The position numbers and the translations under genes are program-made. The notes beneath the pieces were generated by a model that saw only the letters and a program-made list of their open reading frames with translations, did no database searches and had not been told where the DNA came from. From positions 30,336 to 94,335 of the forward strand of contig JBCCQY010000012.1 of assembly GCA_039208735.1 (NCBI GenBank): a stretch of 64,000 nt of DNA, written 5' to 3'. The DNA is from Myxococcota bacterium. GTDB lineage: Bacteria > Myxococcota_A > UBA796 > GCA-2862545. Positions 18,554-28,063 of this stretch are shown here, piece after piece; within the stretch, counting starts at the first letter, position 1, and each line of letters opens with the position of its first letter.

Positions 18554-20409
18554 GTCCACGCACCGTAGGGACCGCTCTGACGATGGGCGCTGGCTTTGCC
18601 GGGCTCGCGCTGCTCCCTGGGTTGTGGCCGCTCGCCTTGATCGGGTTGGGATTGGCATGGGGAGGACCTTGGCTTTACCGCCGTTGGGCGACCCTCGAGC
18701 GCCTGGGTGAAGTCGGGACCCTCATTGCGGTGGGAATGGCGGCAGCGGTGTGGTGGATGGGGGTGGCTTCATCCTTAGTGATGGGCGGTTTGCTCGTCTA
18801 TCTGCAGGTCCACCGCCGAACGGCGCGGCACGGTCCCACCGCCGATCGGGTCACCGTGGTCATCGCAGCCCTCATGCTCGTGACGGCCGCCGGGGCTACC
18901 CAGTCGTTGGCCCTTTTGCCGTGTCTGCTCGCCTGGGCTCTAGGGCTGCCCCTGGCCCTTCTCGATGAAGATGCGGTGGCCCCGCCGGTGGGGGCGCTGG
19001 TGTTGGGGACCTTGGGCCTGGGGTTGGCGTTGTTCGTGCTTGCCCCTCGGGCCAACACGATGGGGTCGACGGTGCCTGCGGGCGCCACCGGATTCACCGA
19101 TGAGGTTGAACTCGGTGATCTCGACGCCCTCCTCGACGATCCGGCCGTCGTGTTTCGTGCTTCGATCGATCCTGTGCCCGAGGGCCGACCGTACTGGCGC
19201 GGCATCGCCCTCGATGCCTTCGACGGCACGCGCTGGGCGGTGGGAACCCCCCGACGTGCGGTGGCCGAGCCTCCCGCATTGCCGCCGCTGCCGTTGCCGG
19301 AGATGCCGGGACGGCCCACGTGGACGGTGGATGTTCAGATGGTGGAAGCGCCCAAGGACGTCCTGTTCTTGCCCGGGACGTTGCTTGGGTACGCCGGACC
19401 GCCGGCCGCCAGCGATGCCCAAGGGGGCTGGTTTGCAACCACCGGTCCTCCGTCGGCCTTTGTGGCGTGGGTCGACCCCTTCACGGACCGTGCGCCGGCT
19501 GACTTGCCCGGGGAGCCTCGGTTCGACGGGGAGGTTCAGACGCGCATTGCCGATTTAGCTCGAACGGTGGCGGGCGATGCGCCAGCGGCGACCCAAGTGG
19601 CCCGACTCACCGATCATCTCCGAGATGGCTACCCTTACGCGCGTCGGGGCTACCGAGGGGAAAATCCCCTTGCAGAGTTTCTTTTTGAACGACGAGGGGG
19701 CCACTGCGAGTACTTCGCCTCGGCCCTTGCGGTCATGGTTCGCGCCATTGGGCTTCCTTCGAGGGTGGTCAACGGATTTGTCGGGGGAGAGCGCAATCCC
19801 GTCACGGGGCAGTGGGTGGTGCGGCGACGAGACGCCCACTCCTGGGTCGAGGTGCAGCTGCCCGGTGAAGGGTGGGTGGTCTTCGACCCAACGCCCGTTC
19901 GCGAGCCCAGCCCCTCCGAGGAGCCTGGATGGGCGCTACAAGATGCCGCGGCCGGGTTTTGGCAGGCGGCTCTTGCCTACAATGGCACCGATCAACAACG
20001 TGCGGTCGCCGTGGTGACGGCGTGGTGGTCGAGCGACGCTCCTTTTGTGACGCGGGGGACTGTGGGAGCCGGGGTGTTGTTGGTGATGGGCTTGGGCGGT
20101 CTGGTCGGCTTGCTTGGCCGTGGGCGGCCCCGGCTGCCGCAGGGCTCCGCCCCTTCCCGGTGGCGAACCCTGCACGCTCGGGTCCGTAGTGCCCTTGCCA
20201 AACATCTTGAAACGCCGGTTCCGTCATCGCTGCCGCCCCGTGCGGCGAGTCGTTGGGTCGCGCAGCAAGGCGATGCAGCGCTTGGGGAGGCCTACCAAGC
20301 CTTCGTCGAGGTGTTGTACGACGCGGTGATCGGGGGCCATGACGATGCCAAGGCCTTCGCCACGGCTCAGGCCTTGGCAAAGCGAATCCTGAAATGGCCA
20401 CGACGTTAA
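18550..20409 (+). CDS. TgpA-like membrane transglutaminase (DUF3488)
   Basis: TMs, YWRGIALD, GHCEYFAS, DAHSWVE, FDPTP catalytic triad. Confidence 0.9.
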   Translation: MSPRTVGTALTMGAGFAGLALLPGLWPLALIGLGLAWGGPWLYRRWATLERLGEVGTLIAVGMAAAVWWMGVASSLVMGGLLVYLQVHRRTARHGPTADRVTVVIAALMLVTAAGATQSLALLPCLLAWALGLPLALLDEDAVAPPVGALVLGTLGLGLALFVLAPRANTMGSTVPAGATGFTDEVELGDLDALLDDPAVVFRASIDPVPEGRPYWRGIALDAFDGTRWAVGTPRRAVAEPPALPPLPLPEMPGRPTWTVDVQMVEAPKDVLFLPGTLLGYAGPPAASDAQGGWFATTGPPSAFVAWVDPFTDRAPADLPGEPRFDGEVQTRIADLARTVAGDAPAATQVARLTDHLRDGYPYARRGYRGENPLAEFLFERRGGHCEYFASALAVMVRAIGLPSRVVNGFVGGERNPVTGQWVVRRRDAHSWVEVQLPGEGWVVFDPTPVREPSPSEEPGWALQDAAAGFWQAALAYNGTDQQRAVAVVTAWWSSDAPFVTRGTVGAGVLLVMGLGGLVGLLGRGRPRLPQGSAPSRWRTLHARVRSALAKHLETPVPSSLPPRAASRWVAQQGDAALGEAYQAFVEVLYDAVIGGHDDAKAFATAQALAKRILKWPRR

Positions 20410-20418
20410 GGCAGCCCC

Positions 20419-21252
20419 ATGAAATGGTTCGGCTGGTTGTGGGCCCTGGTCGTTGCGTGCACCGGGGGAGGCGAGAACACCTACATCGTTGAAGGTGTGG
20501 TGATCGAAGTGAAGTCCGAAGAGGTCATCATCGACCACGAGGACATCGATGGATTGATGCCGGCAATGGTGATGGGGTTTCCCGTTGAAGACCCGTCGAT
20601 GCTCGAGCACATCAAACCCGGCCAACGGGTCATTGCACGCTACGTCCTCGAAGGTCCGAAGTCGCGGCTCAACAAGATCCGGGTGACGGGCCAGGGGCCG
20701 ATTCCAAAGCTCGAGACTTCACCATTGCGCCCTGGTGAGCCCTGGCCAGACGTGACGGTGCCGGTGCATGATGGAACATCCGTACGGTTGGGAGCGGGCC
20801 AGACCGATCGGGTATTGCTCACGTTCATCTATACACGATGCCCCCTGCCTGAGGCCTGTCCGGCCATTGTGTCTCGGTTTGCCGCCCTCCAGGACCAGTT
20901 GGCCGCCGACGACGCCGTCACCTTGCTCGCCATTTCGCTCGACCCCGCCTACGACAGCCTCGACGTGCTCAAGCGGTACGCCGAGGATGTCGGTGTGGGA
21001 CCCAAGTGGAAGCTCGGACGGGTAGAGTCTGACGTGCTGGCCGACTTTGCGAAGCGGTCGGGAATGAACGTGATGCCCGATGGGGATCAGATCGCCCACG
21101 GCCTTCGCATCTTGGCGCTGGATGCCGGTGGAAAGCTCATCGAGCGCTATGACTCACCGCGATTCGACGGGGACCGCGTGCTCACCCAACTGAAGACCGG
21201 GAAATCGCCAGAACCCGCAGCGAATCCTACGCCTCCAGCCGAACCGGAGTAA
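20419..21252 (+). CDS. CusF-like copper-binding domain fused to an SCO domain, lipoprotein
   Basis: VVAC lipobox; HEDIDGLMPAMVM; FIYTRCPLPEACP, SLDPAYD, AHG. Confidence 0.85.
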   Translation: MKWFGWLWALVVACTGGGENTYIVEGVVIEVKSEEVIIDHEDIDGLMPAMVMGFPVEDPSMLEHIKPGQRVIARYVLEGPKSRLNKIRVTGQGPIPKLETSPLRPGEPWPDVTVPVHDGTSVRLGAGQTDRVLLTFIYTRCPLPEACPAIVSRFAALQDQLAADDAVTLLAISLDPAYDSLDVLKRYAEDVGVGPKWKLGRVESDVLADFAKRSGMNVMPDGDQIAHGLRILALDAGGKLIERYDSPRFDGDRVLTQLKTGKSPEPAANPTPPAEPE

Positions 21253-21282
21253 GCCGGGTATCCTGCGGCCCGGGAGGGTCGC

Positions 21283-22953
21283 ATGCGGTTCGTTGGCCTT
21301 AGCTGGTTGGTAGCGTGCAGCGGAACGGTCGATCCGACGGGCACCGACGGCACCCCTACGCCGAATGGCCTGGATGCGGACCAAGATGGGTTTGCCCAGG
21401 CCTTCGACTGCGATGACGCCGATCCAACGGTGTTTCCGGGGGCCGACGATGTGCCCTACGACGGCATCGATTCGGACTGCGCCGGCGATTCGGACTTCGA
21501 TGCCGATGGCGATGGTCTTGACAGCGATGTCTACGGCGGTACCGACTGCAACGATGCGGAAGCAACAGCGTTTCCGGGTGCCCGTGAAGCGTGCGACGGC
21601 TTCGACACCGACTGTGACGGGACGGTCGACAGTCCGCCGCCCGACGATGCGCCGTTGTGGTTTCCGGATGCCGATCAGGACGGGTGGGGGGCCTCCGACG
21701 GCCCCGTGCGTGCGTGTTCTCCTCCTAAGGGTTTTGTGGACTTGAGGGATGACTGTGATGATGCGCAGCCCTCGGTGTTTCCGGGAGCGGCCGAAGTTCC
21801 CTGCGATGGCTTCGACAACGACTGCGATCCCGCGACGCTGCAGTCCGACACCGGTGCACGGTTGGTCGGCATCCTCTACTCAAGCGTGGAAGAGGCGCTG
21901 GCCGCAGCGATTCCCGGGGACACCGTTCAGGTTTGTGAGGGGCGGCATCGGCAGGTCGAGGGCGTGATTGCGTCGGAACTCACCGTCGTGGGGCTTGGCG
22001 GGGCGGCCGGCACCATCCTCGAAGGGTCCAAATCATCCGTGTTGTCGGTAGAAACCCATGAAGAGGTCCAGATTCGGGGCCTCACCCTCACCGCGGGACT
22101 CGGGCGATCTTGGTTCGGCGAGCGCGTCGGTGGGGGGGTGTTCGTTGAGCCCGGGGGCCGGGTCACGTTGACCGACGTCCATGTCTTCGACAATTTTGCG
22201 TGGAGGGGAGGGGGCGTCTACGCCGCCACGGATGCCACGGTGAGGATGGATGCCGTGACCGTCGAGTCGAATGAGGCGACGTTGGCGGAGTTGTCAGGAG
22301 GGGGTGTTTATCTGGCTTCGGGCGCCCACGTGACCCTTGACAACGCCACGCGCATTGCGTTCAACGAGACCAGCACGTCGTGTGGGGGAGTTGCCCTCAT
22401 GGGCTTGGCGGTTCTCGAGGGCGATGGCACGGCCCTCATCGAGGACAACATGTCGGTCCAGAGCGGTGCGGGAGGGTGTGCGGCCACGAGCAGTGAGGTT
22501 CAGGGGGTCCGCTTGCGCAACAACGCGGCCGGGGGCAGTGGCGGGGGCCTAACCGTCGACGGTGCCACGTTGCGCGATGTGTTCATCGAATCCAATGTGG
22601 CCGGAAATCTGGGAGGGGGGCTCGAACTGCTGGGCTTGGTCACCCTCGACACCGTGACGGTGCTTGCAAACCAGTCCTTTCTTGGAGCGGGTGGGGTGCG
22701 GCTGGGTTCGGGGAGCGACGTGACCTGGAATGGGGGTGCGCTCATCGAGAACGAGGTGCTCAATGCCGCCCGGCCATCGGGGGGCGCTGAGATCGGCTTG
22801 GATGCCGTCCTTGACGTGACCGATGTCGACTTTGGATTTGGCATCACCGACAACGATCCCAACGACCTCGAAGTGTTGTTCGACGATTCCATCTTCGACT
22901 TCGATGGCTTCGTCAGCATCGTTTGCGACGGCAGCGTCGGTCTTTGCCTCTAG
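21283..22953 (+). CDS. Lipoprotein with three Asp/Cys-rich (MopE-related) repeats and a right-handed beta-helix
   Basis: LVAC lipobox; three DC[DN]D...FPGA...DG.D.DC units; GGG(V/L) and N-x-A repeats. Confidence 0.8.
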   Translation: MRFVGLSWLVACSGTVDPTGTDGTPTPNGLDADQDGFAQAFDCDDADPTVFPGADDVPYDGIDSDCAGDSDFDADGDGLDSDVYGGTDCNDAEATAFPGAREACDGFDTDCDGTVDSPPPDDAPLWFPDADQDGWGASDGPVRACSPPKGFVDLRDDCDDAQPSVFPGAAEVPCDGFDNDCDPATLQSDTGARLVGILYSSVEEALAAAIPGDTVQVCEGRHRQVEGVIASELTVVGLGGAAGTILEGSKSSVLSVETHEEVQIRGLTLTAGLGRSWFGERVGGGVFVEPGGRVTLTDVHVFDNFAWRGGGVYAATDATVRMDAVTVESNEATLAELSGGGVYLASGAHVTLDNATRIAFNETSTSCGGVALMGLAVLEGDGTALIEDNMSVQSGAGGCAATSSEVQGVRLRNNAAGGSGGGLTVDGATLRDVFIESNVAGNLGGGLELLGLVTLDTVTVLANQSFLGAGGVRLGSGSDVTWNGGALIENEVLNAARPSGGAEIGLDAVLDVTDVDFGFGITDNDPNDLEVLFDDSIFDFDGFVSIVCDGSVGLCL

Positions 22954-22969
22954 TTCCCGCGGTTTGCGA

Positions 22970-24265
22970 TCAGATAGCCGGAAGGACGAGGGTGAAGGTG
23001 CTGCCGCGTCCGAGTTGGCTGCGCGCGGTCAGCTCCCCGCCGAGGAGTTTGGCGAGTTCGCGGCTCAAGGCCAGTCCCAGACCGGTGTCCTCGACCGTCC
23101 GGGTGGGGGATTCGTCGGCCTGGGTGAATCGCTCGAACAGGGTGGGAAGGAGGTCCGCCGCAATGCCGATTCCGGTGTCCTCGACGGCGATGACGAGGCT
23201 TTCGCCTCGCTGATTGGCGCGGACGAGAATGGTCCCCTGTTCGGTGAACTTGGCCGCGTTCGACAGCAGATTCAACAAGATCTGTTCGAGCCGCACCGGA
23301 TCGGTGGTCAGCGGAGGCAAGGCTTCGGCAATCTCGGTGATAAGTGCGTTTCCCCTTGCCTTGGCCAGGGGGGCCGTCTCTTTTAGCGCTCGATCGACCA
23401 CCTGGGTGATGTGTACGGACTCAGTGCGCAAATCGAGGGCACCTTCCTCAACCCGGGTGAGGTCAAGAATGTCGTTCACCAGCGTCAGCAACCGTGACCC
23501 TGCGTGATGGATGGCTTCGAGATCGTGTTGAATCGGTTCACTGCCTTCGAGTTCCGCGACCTCTTCCCGTGCGAGTTCGGCGTAGCCAAGAATGGCGTTG
23601 AGCGGTGTGCGGAGTTCGTGGCTCATGTTGGCGAGAAAGCGGCTTTTGGTGTCCGAAGCGGCCAGGGCGCGCATCTCGGCCCGTCGTCGCACCTCAACCT
23701 CGCTCTGCAGGTCTGCGGTTCGGTCACGAACCTTTTCTTCGAGGGCGTCGCGGGAACGTCGGAGCGCCCGCGTGAGAGCGATACGCTGGGCTGCGATCGC
23801 CACGACGAGGGCGCCTAGCACGAGGGCTGTGGTGGCCAACATCAGCGGGGAGGTCCCCGGCGACGTCACGTAGGCCCCCGCCGCCAACACCATCGCCACA
23901 AAGCCGACGACGTATAGCGATGCGCCCCAAGTGGAACGGAAGCTCGCAATGCAAGCGACTTCGACCACCAAGATGCCCGACGAGTGGGTCGTTGGAAACT
24001 GGTTGCCCCACAGCAGGAGGCCGACCCAAATCGTGACCACGATGGAGGTGAGATGCAGGGATCGATCTCGCCATCGGCGGGGGACTTCGCGTCGGAGCAA
24101 GACGGCGAGCACCACGCACCATGCGGAGAGCGCAATGCGCATCCACCAGGGATCGAACACCGATTCGCTGGTGGCTCGCCAGACGACGCCCATTATCGGC
24201 GTGCCGATCGCGGCCGAGAGCAGCACCAGAGGAAGGAACGTAGGATTCTTGGGTGCACCGGACAT
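22970..24265 (-). CDS. Membrane sensor histidine kinase
   Basis: SHELRTPLNAI, NLLSNAAKFT, DTGIGI, FTQAD, TGLGL. Confidence 0.93.
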   Translation of the reverse strand: MSGAPKNPTFLPLVLLSAAIGTPIMGVVWRATSESVFDPWWMRIALSAWCVVLAVLLRREVPRRWRDRSLHLTSIVVTIWVGLLLWGNQFPTTHSSGILVVEVACIASFRSTWGASLYVVGFVAMVLAAGAYVTSPGTSPLMLATTALVLGALVVAIAAQRIALTRALRRSRDALEEKVRDRTADLQSEVEVRRRAEMRALAASDTKSRFLANMSHELRTPLNAILGYAELAREEVAELEGSEPIQHDLEAIHHAGSRLLTLVNDILDLTRVEEGALDLRTESVHITQVVDRALKETAPLAKARGNALITEIAEALPPLTTDPVRLEQILLNLLSNAAKFTEQGTILVRANQRGESLVIAVEDTGIGIAADLLPTLFERFTQADESPTRTVEDTGLGLALSRELAKLLGGELTARSQLGRGSTFTLVLPAI

Positions 24266-24332
24266 GGCGGTCCCGGGCTCGAGGAAGGATCGAGGGGCCT
24301 TTGGTTATCCCGTCTACCAGATGTGCGTTCCG

Positions 24333-25082
24333 CTACAAACGCGCATCGAGTCGAGCATACACATCGCCCGAACCGTCGACGGGCTTCAGGGACGCAAGTT
24401 CTGCCCGTATGGCGTCCGCATCCAACCAACGATCGTGGTGCCACTTCAAGCTCTCGGCGGCCGAAAACCGGTATTGGTAGCGCCCAAGCGCCTCCAGCCG
24501 GTCGACGCAGGCGATGGCCCGGTCCTGCGTTTCCGACATGGCTTCGAACGACAGCCCCTCCACCGGCGTTGAGAGTCCGTTCAACACCTCATCCTCGAGT
24601 CCCTCGACGTCGATCTTGATGAAGCGGGGAAGACCATGGTGCTCGATCAAGGCATCGAGGGTGGTGAGCGAGACCTGGATGTGATCGTCCCAACGCACCC
24701 CGGCCCATCGTTCGGTGGGGCTCACCCCGGCCACGAAGTCGGCCGAGAACGTCGAAACGGTCGGTGTGGCACGGCTGATGAGCAAGCGACCGTGTCCGGG
24801 TGTGGCGGCGACGCCGACCGGTTCGATGATCACGTCGTCACGGCGTCCATAGAGCCATCGCAGGATCGTCACGAAATCCGGCTGGGGTTCCACCGCCACG
24901 ACGCGGGCTCCCAAGGCAAGCCAATGTCCAACCCGGTTCCCGGCATGGGCTCCGATGTCGAAGGCGAGGTCCCCAGCACCCACGAATTCAGCGTAGAAGC
25001 GTCGGGCACGCCACGTTTTGAACGGTTGGCCATAGTAAATGGCCAGCGATCGCACGATGCCAAAGAGTCGAGTGGGGCTCAT
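24333..25082 (-). CDS. FkbM family methyltransferase
   Basis: FDIGAHAG, VEPQP, TLDAL, IKIDVEG. Confidence 0.9.
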   Translation of the reverse strand: MSPTRLFGIVRSLAIYYGQPFKTWRARRFYAEFVGAGDLAFDIGAHAGNRVGHWLALGARVVAVEPQPDFVTILRWLYGRRDDVIIEPVGVAATPGHGRLLISRATPTVSTFSADFVAGVSPTERWAGVRWDDHIQVSLTTLDALIEHHGLPRFIKIDVEGLEDEVLNGLSTPVEGLSFEAMSETQDRAIACVDRLEALGRYQYRFSAAESLKWHHDRWLDADAIRAELASLKPVDGSGDVYARLDARL

Positions 25083-26539
25083 TCGACGTAGCCCAACGCG
25101 CGAAGGGCCTCGATCGTATCTTGGTCGCGGTCTTGCGACGTGGGCCTAGGAGCATCCCAAGTGTCGAGTGCGGCGGCCAGCTCCGCTTGGACCTCGGGTC
25201 GTTCGACCGACTCGCCCGATCTGGTATCGAGCAGGGCCAGGGTGTAGCCGCCCTCCAGCTTGGGGCGAGCCACGAGCTTGAACCGATCGGTACGCACCGT
25301 GCGTTCGCGGGCAGACTCGGCGGGCCAACGGTTTGCCGCGGCGAGGAGGCGCGTACGCACGTCTGGGAAGGCCTCGGAAAGATCCGTTTGAAGTCCTGGA
25401 TCGAGATCGTGTCGATGCAGGGTGGGCGCCTGGCGGCCCTTATGGCATAGGCTGTATGGAGGATCGTTTAGGCACCACCTTCGCTTTCGACCACTCACCA
25501 GCGCGCCGAAGAGCCGAACATGCAGCGCACTGCCGGACTCCGCGAACCGGCGTCCGTTTGCGGGCGGGGACGCGCCTCGCCATCGCGCAGAGGTGTCCTC
25601 GCCATCCAGACCGTCGGGAATCGTCAGGTCCAACAGGCCTAACAGCGACGGCAGGGTGTCGGTCAGTGACAGCACGCCAAGGTCCTCGCCAGGCGCCACG
25701 CCGGGACCGGCCACGACGTAGGGCACGCGGAGCGATGCATCGTGGACGTTGGGACCGTGCTCATAGAAAAGCCCTCGTTCGCCCTGGTTCTCGCCATGAT
25801 CCGCGGTGAAGATCACCACACCGTCGCCTGGCCGCTGCTCAAACGCATCGATCATGGCGCCCAACGCTTGGTCCACCCGAGCGATCTCGTCGTCGTACCG
25901 GCGCTGGCAGTCGTCCAGTGCGGTCCTCGCTAGGTCATCTCGGTTCATGAACACGGCCGCACGGCCGTTCTCTTGGCCAAACGGCACCAACTCCGCGCAC
26001 GCACCTTCCGTCGTGTTGGGCGTGTAAGGGAAGTGCGGATCAGCCAGGTGAACCCAAAGGAAAAGGGGGCCGCGTCCCGTAAGGTAAGACTGCGCCTTCT
26101 TGACCACCTCGTCAGCGGGGGCATCGTGCATGACGGTGAAGGCATCAAAGCCGCTATCCAGGCCCTGAGCAGGCCCGGCCACCTTCATGGCCGATACGGC
26201 CACGGTCTTCCATCCCACGCTTCGAAGTGATTGGGATAGGGTAGGTAGTCCCTTTCGAATTGGAGTACCGACCTCGCGGCTTGCGTGGTTGTGGGGAGCG
26301 AGCCCGGTGTGGAGCGAGGCCAACGCGGGGGTGGTGCGGGGAAGTGGGGTGGTGGCCTGTCGGAAGATCCGGCCTCGCTTGGCCAGGGCGTCGAGGGCGG
26401 GCGTGCGGGCTGCAGAGTGGCCGCTAAAGCCAAGCCGATCCGCACGCAGCGTGTCGACGCTGATGATCAGGACATCGGGGGCGTCGGGTGGAGGAGTGGG
26501 ACCAAAGCTGCAGGACCATGCCCAGAGCGCGCCTACCAT
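25079..26539 (-). CDS. Sulfatase/alkaline-phosphatase superfamily exported protein
   Basis: ISVDTLRADRL, TTPALASLHTG, DPHFPY, TADHGE, EHG; start overlaps the upstream stop. Confidence 0.85.
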   Translation of the reverse strand: MVGALWAWSCSFGPTPPPDAPDVLIISVDTLRADRLGFSGHSAARTPALDALAKRGRIFRQATTPLPRTTPALASLHTGLAPHNHASREVGTPIRKGLPTLSQSLRSVGWKTVAVSAMKVAGPAQGLDSGFDAFTVMHDAPADEVVKKAQSYLTGRGPLFLWVHLADPHFPYTPNTTEGACAELVPFGQENGRAAVFMNRDDLARTALDDCQRRYDDEIARVDQALGAMIDAFEQRPGDGVVIFTADHGENQGERGLFYEHGPNVHDASLRVPYVVAGPGVAPGEDLGVLSLTDTLPSLLGLLDLTIPDGLDGEDTSARWRGASPPANGRRFAESGSALHVRLFGALVSGRKRRWCLNDPPYSLCHKGRQAPTLHRHDLDPGLQTDLSEAFPDVRTRLLAAANRWPAESARERTVRTDRFKLVARPKLEGGYTLALLDTRSGESVERPEVQAELAAALDTWDAPRPTSQDRDQDTIEALRALGYVE

Positions 26540-27270
26540 GGCCCATCCTCTCGATGCCGGACCAACCACCAGGCGTCGATCGCGAACGAGCCAACGAGCG
26601 TGGCGACGCCGAGGAACACACACCCAAGCGCAAGCCACGAGGGCACTGGAGCGAGACCGCCGATGAGCAATCCCACTCCGAGTCCGCACGCCCACGGGCG
26701 TCGTCGGGTGGGGGGCAACGGCCGGGACATGAAGGGCCAGATCGCTGCGGCACCCACAAAGACGTAGCGCGCGAGCCCCGCGGCCCACACCCAGGGTCCG
26801 GCTCCTGTCATCGTAATCGCCAGCCCGCACAGGACGACGACGAACAGTCCGTCGAGTTCCATGTCGAGCTGGGCCCCAAATGGCGAGGCGGTTCCTGTGC
26901 GACGGGCGAGCCAGCCATCGATCCCATCGAGGCCGAAGGCGAGACAGGCCACCGCGGTCAGGGCGATCGAGGAGGCGTGATCGGCCTCAAACATGAACGC
27001 GGCGAGTCCTCCGACGAGTCCCGCCCGCACCAATGTGAGCTGGTTCGCGGGCCCTAATACCGGGTGGGGATGGCTTGCGAGATAAGGTCCCGCCAATCCA
27101 GCGAGGGCGAGCGGAACCGAAATCGAACGCAAGATCGCAAGTGGCGACACGGTTTCGCTGATGACCAGAAAACCTGCGAACGAAGCGGTTCCGAGGAGAG
27201 TGAGCAAGAAGGCCAGGGCGGCCCGTTGCTGCAAGGGCCGATAAGGGCGCGAGCGCGGGCTTACGAACAT
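26533..27270 (-). CDS. CDP-alcohol phosphatidyltransferase
   Basis: PANQLTLVR; DGIDGWLARR...FGAQLDMELD signature. Confidence 0.92.
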   Translation of the reverse strand: MFVSPRSRPYRPLQQRAALAFLLTLLGTASFAGFLVISETVSPLAILRSISVPLALAGLAGPYLASHPHPVLGPANQLTLVRAGLVGGLAAFMFEADHASSIALTAVACLAFGLDGIDGWLARRTGTASPFGAQLDMELDGLFVVVLCGLAITMTGAGPWVWAAGLARYVFVGAAAIWPFMSRPLPPTRRRPWACGLGVGLLIGGLAPVPSWLALGCVFLGVATLVGSFAIDAWWLVRHREDGPW

Positions 27271-27274
27271 CGCG

Positions 27275-28063
27275 ATGGATTATTCAATTTCCCCTCCTAC
27301 TGCAGACGTCTGGACCATACTTCTGACTGCCGCCCGAATGCGTGATGGCGCGAAGCGCCGGGCAATGCTCGGTTCCTTGGCGACGGGCGACGACCTGGCC
27401 GCGCTCTACGCTCCCTTGCTGGGGGCTGAAATGGCTTCGCGGCCCTACGTCGTCGCCCACCTCGCGCAGAGCCTCGATGGTTGCATTGCCCTGCCTGCGG
27501 GGGAGTCGCAGTGGATTTCGGGCCATGACGACTTGGTGCACACGCATCGCTTGCGAGCGCTGTGTGATGCGGTGCTGGTCGGGGCCAGGACCGTGATGCA
27601 CGATGATCCCCAGCTCACGGTGCGCCACGTGGAGGGGCCGCATCCGTTGCGCGTCATCCTGGATCCACGCGGTCGATTGAATGCAAACTACCAGGTCTTT
27701 GAAGGGGGGCCAGAGCGTACTTTGGTCGTTGCGCGTGCCCCTCGTCCCGACCTTGAAGGAAGGGTCGAAGTGGTTTTGCTCCCGTCCGACGAAGCGTGGG
27801 TGGCGCCCTCGGTGGTGCTGGAGGTCCTGGCGCAGCGGGGGATCCAACGGGTGCTCGTCGAGGGCGGCGGCATCACGGTGAGTCGTTTCCTCGAAGCGGG
27901 GCTTGTCGACCGGCTCCATTTGGTGATGGCGCCGTTGTTGGTTGGCTTGGGCCGTCCTTCGCTATCGGGCTCGCTGGGCGCCACCCTGGCGAGTTGCCCT
28001 CGACCCTCTACCCGCGTGTGGCCGCTCGGTCAGGATTGGCTGTTTGACTGCGTGTTCGCTTGA
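27275..28063 (+). CDS. RibD C-terminal-type reductase (start uncertain)
   Basis: AQSLDGCIA, SQWIS, HRLRA, DAVLVGART, DDPQLTVR, VEGGG; no deaminase domain. Confidence 0.9.
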   Translation: MDYSISPPTADVWTILLTAARMRDGAKRRAMLGSLATGDDLAALYAPLLGAEMASRPYVVAHLAQSLDGCIALPAGESQWISGHDDLVHTHRLRALCDAVLVGARTVMHDDPQLTVRHVEGPHPLRVILDPRGRLNANYQVFEGGPERTLVVARAPRPDLEGRVEVVLLPSDEAWVAPSVVLEVLAQRGIQRVLVEGGGITVSRFLEAGLVDRLHLVMAPLLVGLGRPSLSGSLGATLASCPRPSTRVWPLGQDWLFDCVFA

